Part shown: positions 32,468 to 41,398 of the stretch, one piece after another | Layout: each line of letters begins with the position of its first letter | How positions within the stretch are numbered: the stretch's first letter is position 1 | Assembly (NCBI GenBank): GCA_965224705.1 | Contig: OZ245056.1 | Span: 640,001 to 704,000, forward strand | Origin: Spirochaetaceae bacterium | GTDB lineage: Bacteria > Spirochaetota > Spirochaetia > DSM-2461 | Length of the DNA: 64,000 bases | Direction: 5' to 3' | The notes under the pieces: generated by a model | Told to the model about the DNA's origin: nothing | The model's input: the letters and a program-made list of their open reading frames with translations, nothing else | Database searches by the model: none | Position numbers and translations under genes: made by a program

Positions 32468-33382
32468 ATGACAACTCATCTCCGTAAACCTGACTGGATA
32501 AAAATCAAACTGAATACCACTGAAGATACCTCCACAATTCGCAGGGATTTACGGGAAAGAGGACTTACCACCGTATGTGAAGAGGCCAGATGCCCCAATC
32601 TTCATGAGTGCTGGAGTCATCATCGAACAGCCACTTTCATGATACTCGGCAATACCTGTACCCGCAATTGCCGTTTCTGTGCAGTAAAAACAGGGAAACC
32701 TGAGGCTCCCGATGAATCGGAACCTGACCGCATTGCATCTTCAATCGAGAAACTGAACATTGCTCACGCCGTGCTTACCATGGTAAGCAGGGATGATCTT
32801 CCTGACGGCGGGGCCCGTTACCTTGCTGCTGCCGGCAAAGCCATCCATCATCGACTGCCGGAAACAACAGTAGAATACCTTTCCTCCGACATGATGGGTA
32901 ATGCTGAATCAATTGAAATTCTCATTGAATCTCAACCTGAAATTCTGGGTCACAATATTGAAACTGTCCGACGCCTGACTCCCCTGGTACGTGCCCGAAG
33001 TGATTACAACCGTTCCCTGGATTTTTTGCGCACAGCCCGCAGGCTGAATAAGAAGATCCTCCTGAAAAGCAGCATCATGCTGGGGCTGGGAGAGGAGATG
33101 GATGAAATACTGACAACCCTGAGAGACATTCACGAAACCGGCTGCAGCATTGTGAATATGGGACAGTACCTTCAACCGACCCGCCACCATCTTCCAGTAA
33201 AAAAATACTGGCATCCTGAGGAATTTGATTTGCTCACAGAGAAGGCAGAAGATATTGGATTCAGCAAAGTTGTTGCCGGTCCCATGGTTCGATCCAGCTA
33301 CCATGCGGGGAATCAGTTTCCTGCCAATACAACTGAAAGTTTGCTTGTGGAGAGGGGGGGAAGATCAAGCCGTGAGGCGTAA
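32468..33382 (+). CDS. lipA: Lipoyl synthase
   Basis: CEEARCPNLHEC, CTRNCRFC and VRSSYHA motifs. Confidence 0.96.
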   Translation: MTTHLRKPDWIKIKLNTTEDTSTIRRDLRERGLTTVCEEARCPNLHECWSHHRTATFMILGNTCTRNCRFCAVKTGKPEAPDESEPDRIASSIEKLNIAHAVLTMVSRDDLPDGGARYLAAAGKAIHHRLPETTVEYLSSDMMGNAESIEILIESQPEILGHNIETVRRLTPLVRARSDYNRSLDFLRTARRLNKKILLKSSIMLGLGEEMDEILTTLRDIHETGCSIVNMGQYLQPTRHHLPVKKYWHPEEFDLLTEKAEDIGFSKVVAGPMVRSSYHAGNQFPANTTESLLVERGGRSSREA

Positions 33383-33395
33383 GTCCGACAGGTTC
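33361..33395 (-). repeat. Terminal fragment of MITE-like family A overlapping the lipA stop
   Basis: 32/35 match to 39632-39666; flanked by CTGG. Confidence 0.8.
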
Positions 33396-33440
33396 CTGGG
33401 GTCACCAGAAAGAAACTGAGAGCGGCAAAACCTCAAGACA

Positions 33441-33470
33441 GGTTGAGGAGGGTTTTACATGATTTTGACG
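33441..33470 (-). repeat. Inverted partial copy of the 7424-7455 repeat
   Basis: Reverse complement reads cgtcaaaatcatgtaaaaccctcctcaacc. Confidence 0.5.
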
Positions 33471-33476
33471 TTCTGG

Positions 33477-34988
33477 TCACAAACCATCAGGATCCGCACC
33501 TGTGAACAGTTTGATCTGTTGAATAGCTTGAGCTTTCAGCAGTCCCCCCCCATTAACAGCGGCAACCCCAAGTGAAGCAGCTCTTCTGAGCAGAACAGTT
33601 TCAACAGGGTCATAGATGACATCATAAACAAGACTGCAGGATGATGGGTCCCACCATGGTAAAGGATCCTGTTCAGTATTGGGTGCCATTCCGACAGAAG
33701 TTGTCTGGATGGCAATTTCTACATCACTGAGCAAGCTTCTGGATTCTGGTTCTAACGAGCCGTACAGTCCCCCTGTTTCTGCCGCCAATACGGCCGCTTT
33801 CTCCGGAGTTCGATTCAGGATTACCAGATGGGCTCCAAGGTAGGCCAGACCGTGGGCTACAGCCCTGCCTGTACCACCTGCCCCTATGACAAGGATTTTC
33901 TTGCCTTCAAGATTCTGTTTGTTCTCCAGATTCAGAGCTTTGACCAGAGTTTGAATGAACCCGGTAATGTCTGTGTTGCAGGCATACCAACTATTCGCAG
34001 TGTAAACAAGCGTGTTGGCAGCTTTCAGCCGCATAGCCAGATTATCTGCCCTGTCAGCAAGTATCAGTGCTGTTTCTTTGTGCGGTATTGTTACAGATAG
34101 GCCTGAAATACCCAGAATCAGACAGGTTTCCAGGAAAGAACCCAGATCATTTGACAGAACTGGAAGATAGGTTCCTGGTAGATGATGTTTCTGCAGCCAG
34201 CTGTTGTGTATTCGAGGTGACTGACTATGGGCAACAGGATTACCTGTGACTGCGTAAAGAGGGGTAGACTGATCAATGTCCTTAAAACGGTATAGATTGC
34301 AAAGAGATTCAGGGTTCAGGCTTTCTGGAGATGAGGGAGGCAGGCTGTCAATTCTACTGTCATGGGAATAAGTCCATGAAGAGCCAAATTTCTCAGCCAG
34401 AATTCGAGTCGGCACACCATATTCCCCCAGCCCCAGAAGAATTTTTTCAGAAACATCTTTCAACTCCTGAGCCAGAGAGGCTAATTTATAGAGGTGCTGA
34501 CTATGCCTGCAAGTCACAGCCAGCCTGGGGATAGCACCATCCTGCTTCAACACCTTTATGCATTGCATCAAATCTGCCACAGGCTGATCCAGGAGATCCC
34601 CGGTTAAATCAGTACGGGATCGTACTACCCGTGTCCCGGATCTGTTTGCAGCATGGATGATCCGGTCCGAAACTGTTTCCATTTCAACATACGAAAAGCT
34701 GCATGTAAGGAGCAGGCTGACCATCAACTCAAGTCGTTCCGATTCCGTCTCATCACAGTGTCCCCACATCCCCCCATTCTCCAATGTTCGAATAGATAGA
34801 ATGATGGGAATGCTCCGGCCCAATCTTTCAGCCAATCGGATTGGGAAATCGTCAGCAGCCTGTCGTTCATGAGGGGCAAGAAGATCGACGCGAAACTCCA
34901 CCAGGTCAACAAATTGCTGGTTGGCCATGACCTGACTGACCATCAGGTCAATTTCAGAGCCTGTCAAACTCAGGCACAATCTGCTCAC
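33477..34988 (-). CDS. aroE: Type I dehydroquinase-like domain fused to shikimate dehydrogenase
   Basis: N-terminal EFRVD, IRTxxxGG and GxxGxxTR. C-terminal GNPVAHSQSP, SVTIPHK, NTD, GAGG and NRT. Confidence 0.88.
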   Translation of the reverse strand: MSRLCLSLTGSEIDLMVSQVMANQQFVDLVEFRVDLLAPHERQAADDFPIRLAERLGRSIPIILSIRTLENGGMWGHCDETESERLELMVSLLLTCSFSYVEMETVSDRIIHAANRSGTRVVRSRTDLTGDLLDQPVADLMQCIKVLKQDGAIPRLAVTCRHSQHLYKLASLAQELKDVSEKILLGLGEYGVPTRILAEKFGSSWTYSHDSRIDSLPPSSPESLNPESLCNLYRFKDIDQSTPLYAVTGNPVAHSQSPRIHNSWLQKHHLPGTYLPVLSNDLGSFLETCLILGISGLSVTIPHKETALILADRADNLAMRLKAANTLVYTANSWYACNTDITGFIQTLVKALNLENKQNLEGKKILVIGAGGTGRAVAHGLAYLGAHLVILNRTPEKAAVLAAETGGLYGSLEPESRSLLSDVEIAIQTTSVGMAPNTEQDPLPWWDPSSCSLVYDVIYDPVETVLLRRAASLGVAAVNGGGLLKAQAIQQIKLFTGADPDGL

Positions 34989-35452
34989 CAGTCGCTCCTG
35001 TAAACATATATATCAATCAGCACGTTCTCACGAAAATACAATCTTATACGGGATGGAAATCCGATATCAGGAAGAGTCCATGTCAGATACTTATCCAGAG
35101 AATTAACAGGGGGACCCCAGAGTTCCTCAATCGCTTTCCGGCTCATACCCATACTCACACCGTCGATTTCACCGCTCCAGCGTTCGTCCACTCGGATTTG
35201 CCACACTCTATCCTGAAACCAGAACAAATACTGATGGTCAGAGTAATAAAAAACAACATTGTCTTCGTCTGGAGTTTTTCCCCTATGGACAAAAACATTC
35301 TCTGGATTCCCGATGTTATTGACAGCATCCTGGAATGCCCAGCCAAGCTTACCGGTGAAATCTACAGCAAGTGGTTTTACATCTTCTTCCAGTGCAAAGA
35401 GCTTAAAAAGTCCCATAAGGAGGAATAATATGGCTGATTTCATATATCTCAT
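34985..35452 (-). CDS. Exported hypothetical protein
   Basis: Signal-peptide-like N-terminus and two similar halves (GxP...). 4-bp overlap with the aroD-E gene; start uncertain. Confidence 0.65.
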   Translation of the reverse strand: MRYMKSAILFLLMGLFKLFALEEDVKPLAVDFTGKLGWAFQDAVNNIGNPENVFVHRGKTPDEDNVVFYYSDHQYLFWFQDRVWQIRVDERWSGEIDGVSMGMSRKAIEELWGPPVNSLDKYLTWTLPDIGFPSRIRLYFRENVLIDIYVYRSDW

Positions 35453-35576
35453 TGAATACATGATAACACCTGACAAATTCAGGGTGAAGTCTCGGTAGAG
35501 CTAATAAGTACTGGAAGGAAGGATGTGGTTTCCTGCACCCAATACAGGATGGAATGTGGCGATTATGCTGTGTCAG

Positions 35577-35737
35577 GAGCCTGTCGGATTTACGTCTCAC
35601 GGTTCGATTTTTGCCCTTTTTTCCTGCTGCTGCGTTGCCAAAATACTCACGTAGCCCAGCTACGCTCCGTTTTTGTCGCCTTGCATCAGGAAGAAATCAT
35701 CAAAAATCGCCTCGAAGCCTTAAAATCCGACAGACTC
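35577..35737 (+). mobile_element. MITE-like element, family A, copy 1 (161 bp)
   Basis: Terminal inverted repeats GAGCCTGTCGGATTT and AAATCCGACAGACTC; flanks TCAG and CTAG; internal CGTAGC-CCA-GCTACG hairpin; no transposase. Confidence 0.85.
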
Positions 35738-35867
35738 CTAGAAAGACTTCTCATCGTACTCACGAGTGATTGCCGTCTCAGGGGAAACCAGGTATTTATA
35801 ATGATGAACCTGGATCAAGACGAACTTGAAAGAAGTTTTTGTTGAACAAACATTCTTTCTTCAGTGG

Positions 35868-35896
35868 TTGAATCTTAAAGCTTTGGGGTATATGAT
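35868..35896 (+). promoter_or_regulatory. Sigma70 promoter of PFOR
   Basis: TTGAAT-N17-TATGAT. Confidence 0.65.
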
Positions 35897-35936
35897 TCAG
35901 CAAGTTCAGAAATATATCTCTTATGAAGGATATTCT

Positions 35937-38900
35937 ATGTCGAAAAGGAAAATGATCACTATTGATGGTAATACCGCTGCCGCTCATGTGGCCTATGCAT
36001 TCAGCGAAGTCGCTGCAATTTATCCAATTACACCCTCATCACCCATGGGGGAGTATACGGATGCGTGGGCAAGTTCCGGGTTAAAAAATGTTTTTGGAAA
36101 ACCCGTTGATGTCATTGAGATGCAGAGTGAAGCAGGAGCTGCCGGTGCAGTGCATGGAGCTCTTTCCGCTGGTGCCATGACAACAACGTACACTGCAAGT
36201 CAGGGACTTCTCCTGATGATTCCAAACATGCACAAGATTGCCGGTGAAATGCTTCCGACTGTTTTCCATGTATCAGCTCGATCTTTGGCCGCCCAGTCTC
36301 TTTCAATCTTTGGTGACCATTCTGATGTTATGGGAACTCGGAATACAGGCTTTGCCCTGATTGCTGCCAGCAGTATACAGGAAACCATGGATCTGGCTCT
36401 GGTGAGTCATCTCTCGACACTGAAAGGTCAGGTGCCGTTCCTGAATTTTTTTGATGGTTTTCGCACCAGTCATGAAGTTCAAAAAATAGAAGAGATTAGT
36501 TTTGAAACAATTAGAAACCTCATTGAACCTCAATACATCGAAAGGTTTCGGGACAGAGCCATGCGGCCGGAAAAACCTGTTGTCAAAGTAGCGGCACAAA
36601 ACCCCGATGTCTACTTTCAGGGACGTGAAACTGTCAATAAGTACTACGATGCTCTTCCCGGTGTCATCCAGGAATACATGGACAAAGCGGCAAAGGAAAT
36701 TGGTCGCCAATACCACCTTTTTGACTACGTTGGTGACCCGAAAGCTGAAAAGATCATTATCGCAATGGGTTCAGCCTGTGATACCATAGATCATGCCGTC
36801 AAGACACTGAACAGCCGTGGGGAAAAGGTTGGTACTATCAAAGTCCGTTTGTACCGGCCTTTCAGTGTCGAGCACTTTTTGGAAGCCATGCCCGATACTG
36901 TCAAGAAGGTGGCTGTACTTGATCGCACAAAGGAACCAGGCTCCATTGGCGAACCTCTCTACATGGATGTTGCAGTTGCATTGGCTGGAAGAGATATCAC
37001 TGTTATCGGAGGACGGTATGGTCTTTCATCAAAAGAATTTACTCCATCGATGGTGAAGGCTGTCTACGATCATCTTGACGGCAAATGTTCTCATAATTTC
37101 ACTGTGGGTATCAACGATGATGTAACGAATCTGTCCCTGGATATCAATGAAAAACTTCAGGTTGAACCTGATGATGTGGTGAGCTGCATGTTCTGGGGTC
37201 TGGGTTCTGACGGCACAGTTGGTGCCAACAAGAACTCTATCAAAATCATTGGAGACAATACGGACATGAATGCACAGGCCTACTTTGTATACGATTCGAA
37301 GAAGTCTGGCGGTATAACAACAAGTCATCTCCGTTTCGGCAAGAGTCAGGTAAACATGCCCTGGCTGATAGAAGAAGCCGACTTCGTCGCCTGTCATAAC
37401 CCTGCTTATATTGGTCGATATGACATGCTCTCGCCCCTGAAAGAAGGGGCTACATTTCTACTGAATACAAAAGTACCCCCGAAAGAGGCATTTTTCAGCC
37501 TCGTCAAAGAAGAACAGAAGATAGTCAGGGATAGAAATATCAAGTTCTATGTTATCGATGCATTGAAAATAGCTCGTGAAGTAGGACTTGGCAGCCGTAT
37601 CAATACGGTCATGCAGGCATGCTTCTTCAAAATCTCCGGTGTGCTTCCCGAAAAAGAAGCCATTGATCTGATGAAGAATGTTATCAGGAAGTCATTTGCC
37701 AACAAGGGTGAAGATATTGTTAAAATGAATTGGAATGCTGTGGATAAAAGCAGTTCTGGACTAAGTTTAGTCCCAATTCCATCAAAACCTGCCTCTCAAT
37801 CCCATATAGCTCCGGAACTCATTCCTCAGGATGCTGGAGACTTTGCCCGCAACATAATTCTCCCCACAATGTCACTCAAAGGTGATAATATTCCGGTGAG
37901 TCAAATGTCTTTCGATGGAACAATTCCGATTGGAACAACTCGATTGGAAAAACGTGGTGTTGCCCCGCGGGTTCCAAGGTGGCTGAGTGAGAACTGTATT
38001 CAATGCAATCAATGCGCCCAGTCCTGTCCCCATGCGGCTATCCGTGCCAAGCAGATTGCCCCGGGACACCTGGATGGAGCACCTGAATCCTTCCAAACTC
38101 TGAAATCAAAAACAAAGAATGATAAAAACCTCCAGTACAGGATCCAGATCTACATTGAAGATTGCCAGGCATGTGGTGTTTGTCTGGTGACCTGCCCGGC
38201 CAAAAACAAAGCCCTTGAGTGGAGTCCCATAGAAACGGAACGTGAATCTGGTGAGCATGAAAATGAAGCTTTTTTCACATCTCTCCCTGAAGATGTCCTT
38301 GATGGATCCCCTGAAACCAGTGTGAAGGGTTTGCAATTCAAGCAGCCTCTCTTTGAGTTTTCCGGTGCCTGCGCAGGCTGTGGTGAAACTCCCTATGTAA
38401 TGATGATGAGTCAAATCGCTGGTGACCGGATGATAGCCGCGAACGCCACTGGCTGCTCTTCCATCTACGGCGGTACATTCCCCACTGTCCCATACTGTAC
38501 CAATAAGGAAGGACGGGGACCGGCATGGGGAAATAGTCTCTTTGAAGACAATGCCGAGTACGGCTTTGGAATGCGTCTTGCGGTTGACAGCAACCGTCAC
38601 CTGCTGAAGGTAAAAATAAATCGAATTCTGGAAATTGGAACGACGGACAAACTCACTCGAAGCCTCAAGAAAGCTCTGGAGATTTTCAATAATACGGATC
38701 AGGAAGCCAAGGAGCATCAGCTGACTGTGCAAGCTCGCCTACCGGAGGCATTGAAATCCGCCAGCAATGCCGAGGCCAGCGATGTTCTTGCCAAAATCAT
38801 AGAATTACAGGATTACTTCATCGATAAATCAATCTGGATTATCGGTGGTGATGGCTGGGCCTATGACATCGGATATGCCGGTGTAGATCATGTAATTGCC

Positions 38901-39464
38901 ATGAATAAAAACGTCAACATACTTGTGCTTGACACTGAAGTGTATTCCAATACTGGGGGTCAGGCATCAAAAGCCACTCCCATTGGATCTGTCGCCAAGT
39001 TTGCCAACAGTGGTATGAAACTCACCAAGAAGAATATGCCGTTTATGTGCATGAGCTACGGTTATGTTTATGTAGCCTCCATCTCCCTGGGGGCCAACAG
39101 AGCCCAGGCTCAGAAAGCCATGATGGAGGCAGAAGCTTACCCCGGTCCATCCATTGTTTTCGCCTATTCGCCCTGTATCAACCATGGTATTGATATGAGT
39201 AAGAGTCAGGTAGAAATGAAGCGGGCTGTTGAAGCCAATTACTGGCCGTTGTTCCGTTTTGATCCCAGAAATGATGATGGCAAGCGATTTCAGTGGGAGA
39301 ATAAAGAACCGACATTGGACTTCCAGGATTTTATCCATAATGAACGGCGTTACTCAACGCTTCGAAGAACAAATCCAGTGGAAGCTCAAACACTGTTTGA
39401 ACTTGCTGAAGCTAATGCCAGAAAGCGAATGGAATTCTATCGGAAGATCGGGGAGATAATGTAG
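35937..39464 (+). CDS. nifJ: Pyruvate:ferredoxin/flavodoxin oxidoreductase (single chain)
   Basis: YPITPS, MQSEAGA, GLGSDGTVG, two CxxCxxCxxxCP motifs, GACAGCGE and GGDGWAYD. Start moved to MSKRK. Confidence 0.97.
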   Translation: MSKRKMITIDGNTAAAHVAYAFSEVAAIYPITPSSPMGEYTDAWASSGLKNVFGKPVDVIEMQSEAGAAGAVHGALSAGAMTTTYTASQGLLLMIPNMHKIAGEMLPTVFHVSARSLAAQSLSIFGDHSDVMGTRNTGFALIAASSIQETMDLALVSHLSTLKGQVPFLNFFDGFRTSHEVQKIEEISFETIRNLIEPQYIERFRDRAMRPEKPVVKVAAQNPDVYFQGRETVNKYYDALPGVIQEYMDKAAKEIGRQYHLFDYVGDPKAEKIIIAMGSACDTIDHAVKTLNSRGEKVGTIKVRLYRPFSVEHFLEAMPDTVKKVAVLDRTKEPGSIGEPLYMDVAVALAGRDITVIGGRYGLSSKEFTPSMVKAVYDHLDGKCSHNFTVGINDDVTNLSLDINEKLQVEPDDVVSCMFWGLGSDGTVGANKNSIKIIGDNTDMNAQAYFVYDSKKSGGITTSHLRFGKSQVNMPWLIEEADFVACHNPAYIGRYDMLSPLKEGATFLLNTKVPPKEAFFSLVKEEQKIVRDRNIKFYVIDALKIAREVGLGSRINTVMQACFFKISGVLPEKEAIDLMKNVIRKSFANKGEDIVKMNWNAVDKSSSGLSLVPIPSKPASQSHIAPELIPQDAGDFARNIILPTMSLKGDNIPVSQMSFDGTIPIGTTRLEKRGVAPRVPRWLSENCIQCNQCAQSCPHAAIRAKQIAPGHLDGAPESFQTLKSKTKNDKNLQYRIQIYIEDCQACGVCLVTCPAKNKALEWSPIETERESGEHENEAFFTSLPEDVLDGSPETSVKGLQFKQPLFEFSGACAGCGETPYVMMMSQIAGDRMIAANATGCSSIYGGTFPTVPYCTNKEGRGPAWGNSLFEDNAEYGFGMRLAVDSNRHLLKVKINRILEIGTTDKLTRSLKKALEIFNNTDQEAKEHQLTVQARLPEALKSASNAEASDVLAKIIELQDYFIDKSIWIIGGDGWAYDIGYAGVDHVIAMNKNVNILVLDTEVYSNTGGQASKATPIGSVAKFANSGMKLTKKNMPFMCMSYGYVYVASISLGANRAQAQKAMMEAEAYPGPSIVFAYSPCINHGIDMSKSQVEMKRAVEANYWPLFRFDPRNDDGKRFQWENKEPTLDFQDFIHNERRYSTLRRTNPVEAQTLFELAEANARKRMEFYRKIGEIM

Positions 39465-39505
39465 CGGAGTCATTGAGCAGAACGTTGTCTCATTTTGTTC
39501 TCCAG

Positions 39506-39666
39506 GAGCCTGTCGGACTTTAAGACTTCGAGGTGATTTTTGATGATTTCTTTCTGATAGAAGGCGCCAAAAGCGGAGCGTAGCTGGGCTACGTGGGCAT
39601 TTTGGCAACGCGGTAGCGGGAAAAAAAGGCAAAAATCGAGCCGTGAGGCGTAAGTCCGACAGGCTC
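39506..39666 (-). mobile_element. MITE-like element, family A, copy 2 (161 bp, inverted relative to copy 1)
   Basis: Perfect terminal inverted repeats GAGCCTGTCGGACTT and AAGTCCGACAGGCTC; CCAG directly repeated on both sides; about 18 mismatches against copy 1. Confidence 0.88.
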
Positions 39667-39696
39667 CCAGGCTTCCGGTCACTCATGAATGGATTA

Positions 39697-39743
39697 GTGT
39701 CCGAAAGCTTGTAAAGAGGGAGTTTTCACTCAAAACTTCCTCT
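39697..39743 (+). repeat. Family B terminal fragment followed by a hairpin
   Basis: GTGTCCGAAAGCTTGT, then AGAGGGAGTTTT-CACTC-AAAACTTCCTCT. Confidence 0.5.
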
Positions 39744-39852
39744 GGTGAGGAAACCTGATCAGTATAGCCGTTTCATATCAAAAACCTTCAGGCACGCTGA
39801 AATCTGACAATCCCCAACACCCTGGAAATTTTTGTCCTGTGGAATTTATCCT

Positions 39853-39881
39853 TTGTCAGAACAGCTGATTTCAGCTACACT
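39853..39881 (+). promoter_or_regulatory. Sigma70 promoter upstream of the rimO leader, with a palindrome in the spacer
   Basis: TTGTCA-N17-TACACT; AGCTGA-TT-TCAGCT spans the spacer. Confidence 0.7.
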
Positions 39882-39884
39882 GCA

Positions 39885-40015
39885 TAAAGAACTCTTCCAA
39901 TTCTATTTCCGGTTTGAACTTCTTCCCCTGAAGTATTGATGAAATACTCACGAACCCGGATAAATGGGCTATCCCCGGCAATTCACTGCTGCCCGATGTC
40001 GGAATGAGTTCTTTA
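39885..40015 (+). ncRNA. Candidate structured leader or ncRNA upstream of rimO
   Basis: TAAAGAACTC-TTCC pairs with GGAA-T-GAGTTCTTTA and encloses further stems. Confidence 0.45.
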
Positions 40016-40048
40016 GAAAACGGCAAGGATTGAAAAGGAGAGTTGCCG

Positions 40049-41398
40049 ATGTCAAAATTCTATGTTGAGAACCTTGGTTGTGCAAAAAACCAGGTTGATG
40101 CCGAGGTAATGATTGCTTCACTCAAACGCCAGGGTTGGGTTTACACGCCCGGTAATCCGAAAGAAGCTGATCTCATCATCGTCAACAGCTGCAGCTTCAT
40201 TAGAAGTGCTCAGGAAGAATCTATCGACACTCTTCTCAGGACAAAAAATGAATACCCGAACAAACGAGTTATCGCAGCAGGCTGCCTTGCCCAGAGATGG
40301 TCCAGGGAACTCCCGGAACTCATCCCGGAACTGGATGGAGTATTTGGAAATCGAAATCCTTTCAGAGTCAGCGAAATGGCAGGGAAGGTGATGGCAGGTG
40401 AAAAGCCCATCTTTGTACCCGACGGGAAAGATGAAACACTGGAAAGGAAAGATTTTTTTGGATTCAACCGCTCCATATACATCAAGATTTCAGACGGATG
40501 TAATCATAACTGCCGCTTCTGTGCCATACCTCTTATAAAAGGTCCACTTGTCAGCCGACCCATGGACGAAGTGGTTTCCGAAGCCAGCAGCCTTCTCAAG
40601 AAGGGAGCTTTTGAACTGAATCTGATTGCCCAGGATCTTCTGGCTTTTGGTCAGGATAGAGGAGCCCGGCATGGCAGGGGGCTGATAGAACTTCTTAAAC
40701 GGATCCTTGACAGTACGGATAGAAATGACTTCTGGATTCGTCTCCTCTACCTCCACCCCGACGACTTTCCCATGGAACTGCTCAGTCTTATGGAAACTGA
40801 CCCCAGAATACTTCCCTACCTGGACATTCCATTCCAGCATGCATCAGCTCCTGTTCTTCAAAAGATGGGCAGGAAGGGAAATGCTCAGACCCATCTTGAT
40901 TTGATCAGCGAGATACGGAATCGACTTCCCAACTCCGTGATTCGTTCCACCTTCCTGGTGGGACATCCAGGAGAAGGACACCGGGAGTTTGAAGAACTTG
41001 AAAGATTTCAAGATATGGCTGCACTGGATTGGCTTGGAGTGTTTGCCTGGTCAAGAGAAGAAGGAACAGCTGCGGCTGAAGACAAAAATGCTCTGGCAGC
41101 ACGACTGGCAATTCCCATATCAAAGAAACGCCGAGAAATTATTGAAAATCGCCAATCAAACATAACGGGAAAGCGTCTTGATCAATGGGAGAAACATCAG
41201 TTAGACGTTCTTATCGAAGAAACGATTCAAGAGGAGAACTGCATGCTGGGAAGAAGTTTTTTCCAGGCTCCGGAGGTGGACGGATCGGTGGTTGTACATC
41301 GGCGAGGAAACTCAAGGAAATTCCTTTCAGGGGATGTTGTCAGGGTGAAAATAACAGGGCGGACAGGTTTTGATCTCCAGGGAGATTTGATTGAATAA
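40049..41398 (+). CDS. rimO: Ribosomal protein S12 methylthiotransferase RimO
   Basis: LGCAKNQVD, NSCSFI, GCNHNCRFCAIP, LIAQD and APEVDG motifs. Confidence 0.93.
   Translation: MSKFYVENLGCAKNQVDAEVMIASLKRQGWVYTPGNPKEADLIIVNSCSFIRSAQEESIDTLLRTKNEYPNKRVIAAGCLAQRWSRELPELIPELDGVFGNRNPFRVSEMAGKVMAGEKPIFVPDGKDETLERKDFFGFNRSIYIKISDGCNHNCRFCAIPLIKGPLVSRPMDEVVSEASSLLKKGAFELNLIAQDLLAFGQDRGARHGRGLIELLKRILDSTDRNDFWIRLLYLHPDDFPMELLSLMETDPRILPYLDIPFQHASAPVLQKMGRKGNAQTHLDLISEIRNRLPNSVIRSTFLVGHPGEGHREFEELERFQDMAALDWLGVFAWSREEGTAAAEDKNALAARLAIPISKKRREIIENRQSNITGKRLDQWEKHQLDVLIEETIQEENCMLGRSFFQAPEVDGSVVVHRRGNSRKFLSGDVVRVKITGRTGFDLQGDLIE

Noticed and set aside
35525..35845. Short ORFs 35525..35845 and 35554..35769, with look-alikes at 39354..39686 and 39470..39682
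   Set aside because: Their mutual similarity comes from the family A repeat. They have no RBS and no transposase motifs.
39926..39970. CTGAAG...GATGAAA...GAACCC as a hammerhead ribozyme or TPP riboswitch; whole region as 6S RNA
   Set aside because: The cores are incomplete (no CUGANGA/GAAA arrangement, no CUGAGA), and the fold is shorter and more branched than typical 6S. It is kept only as an unclassified candidate.
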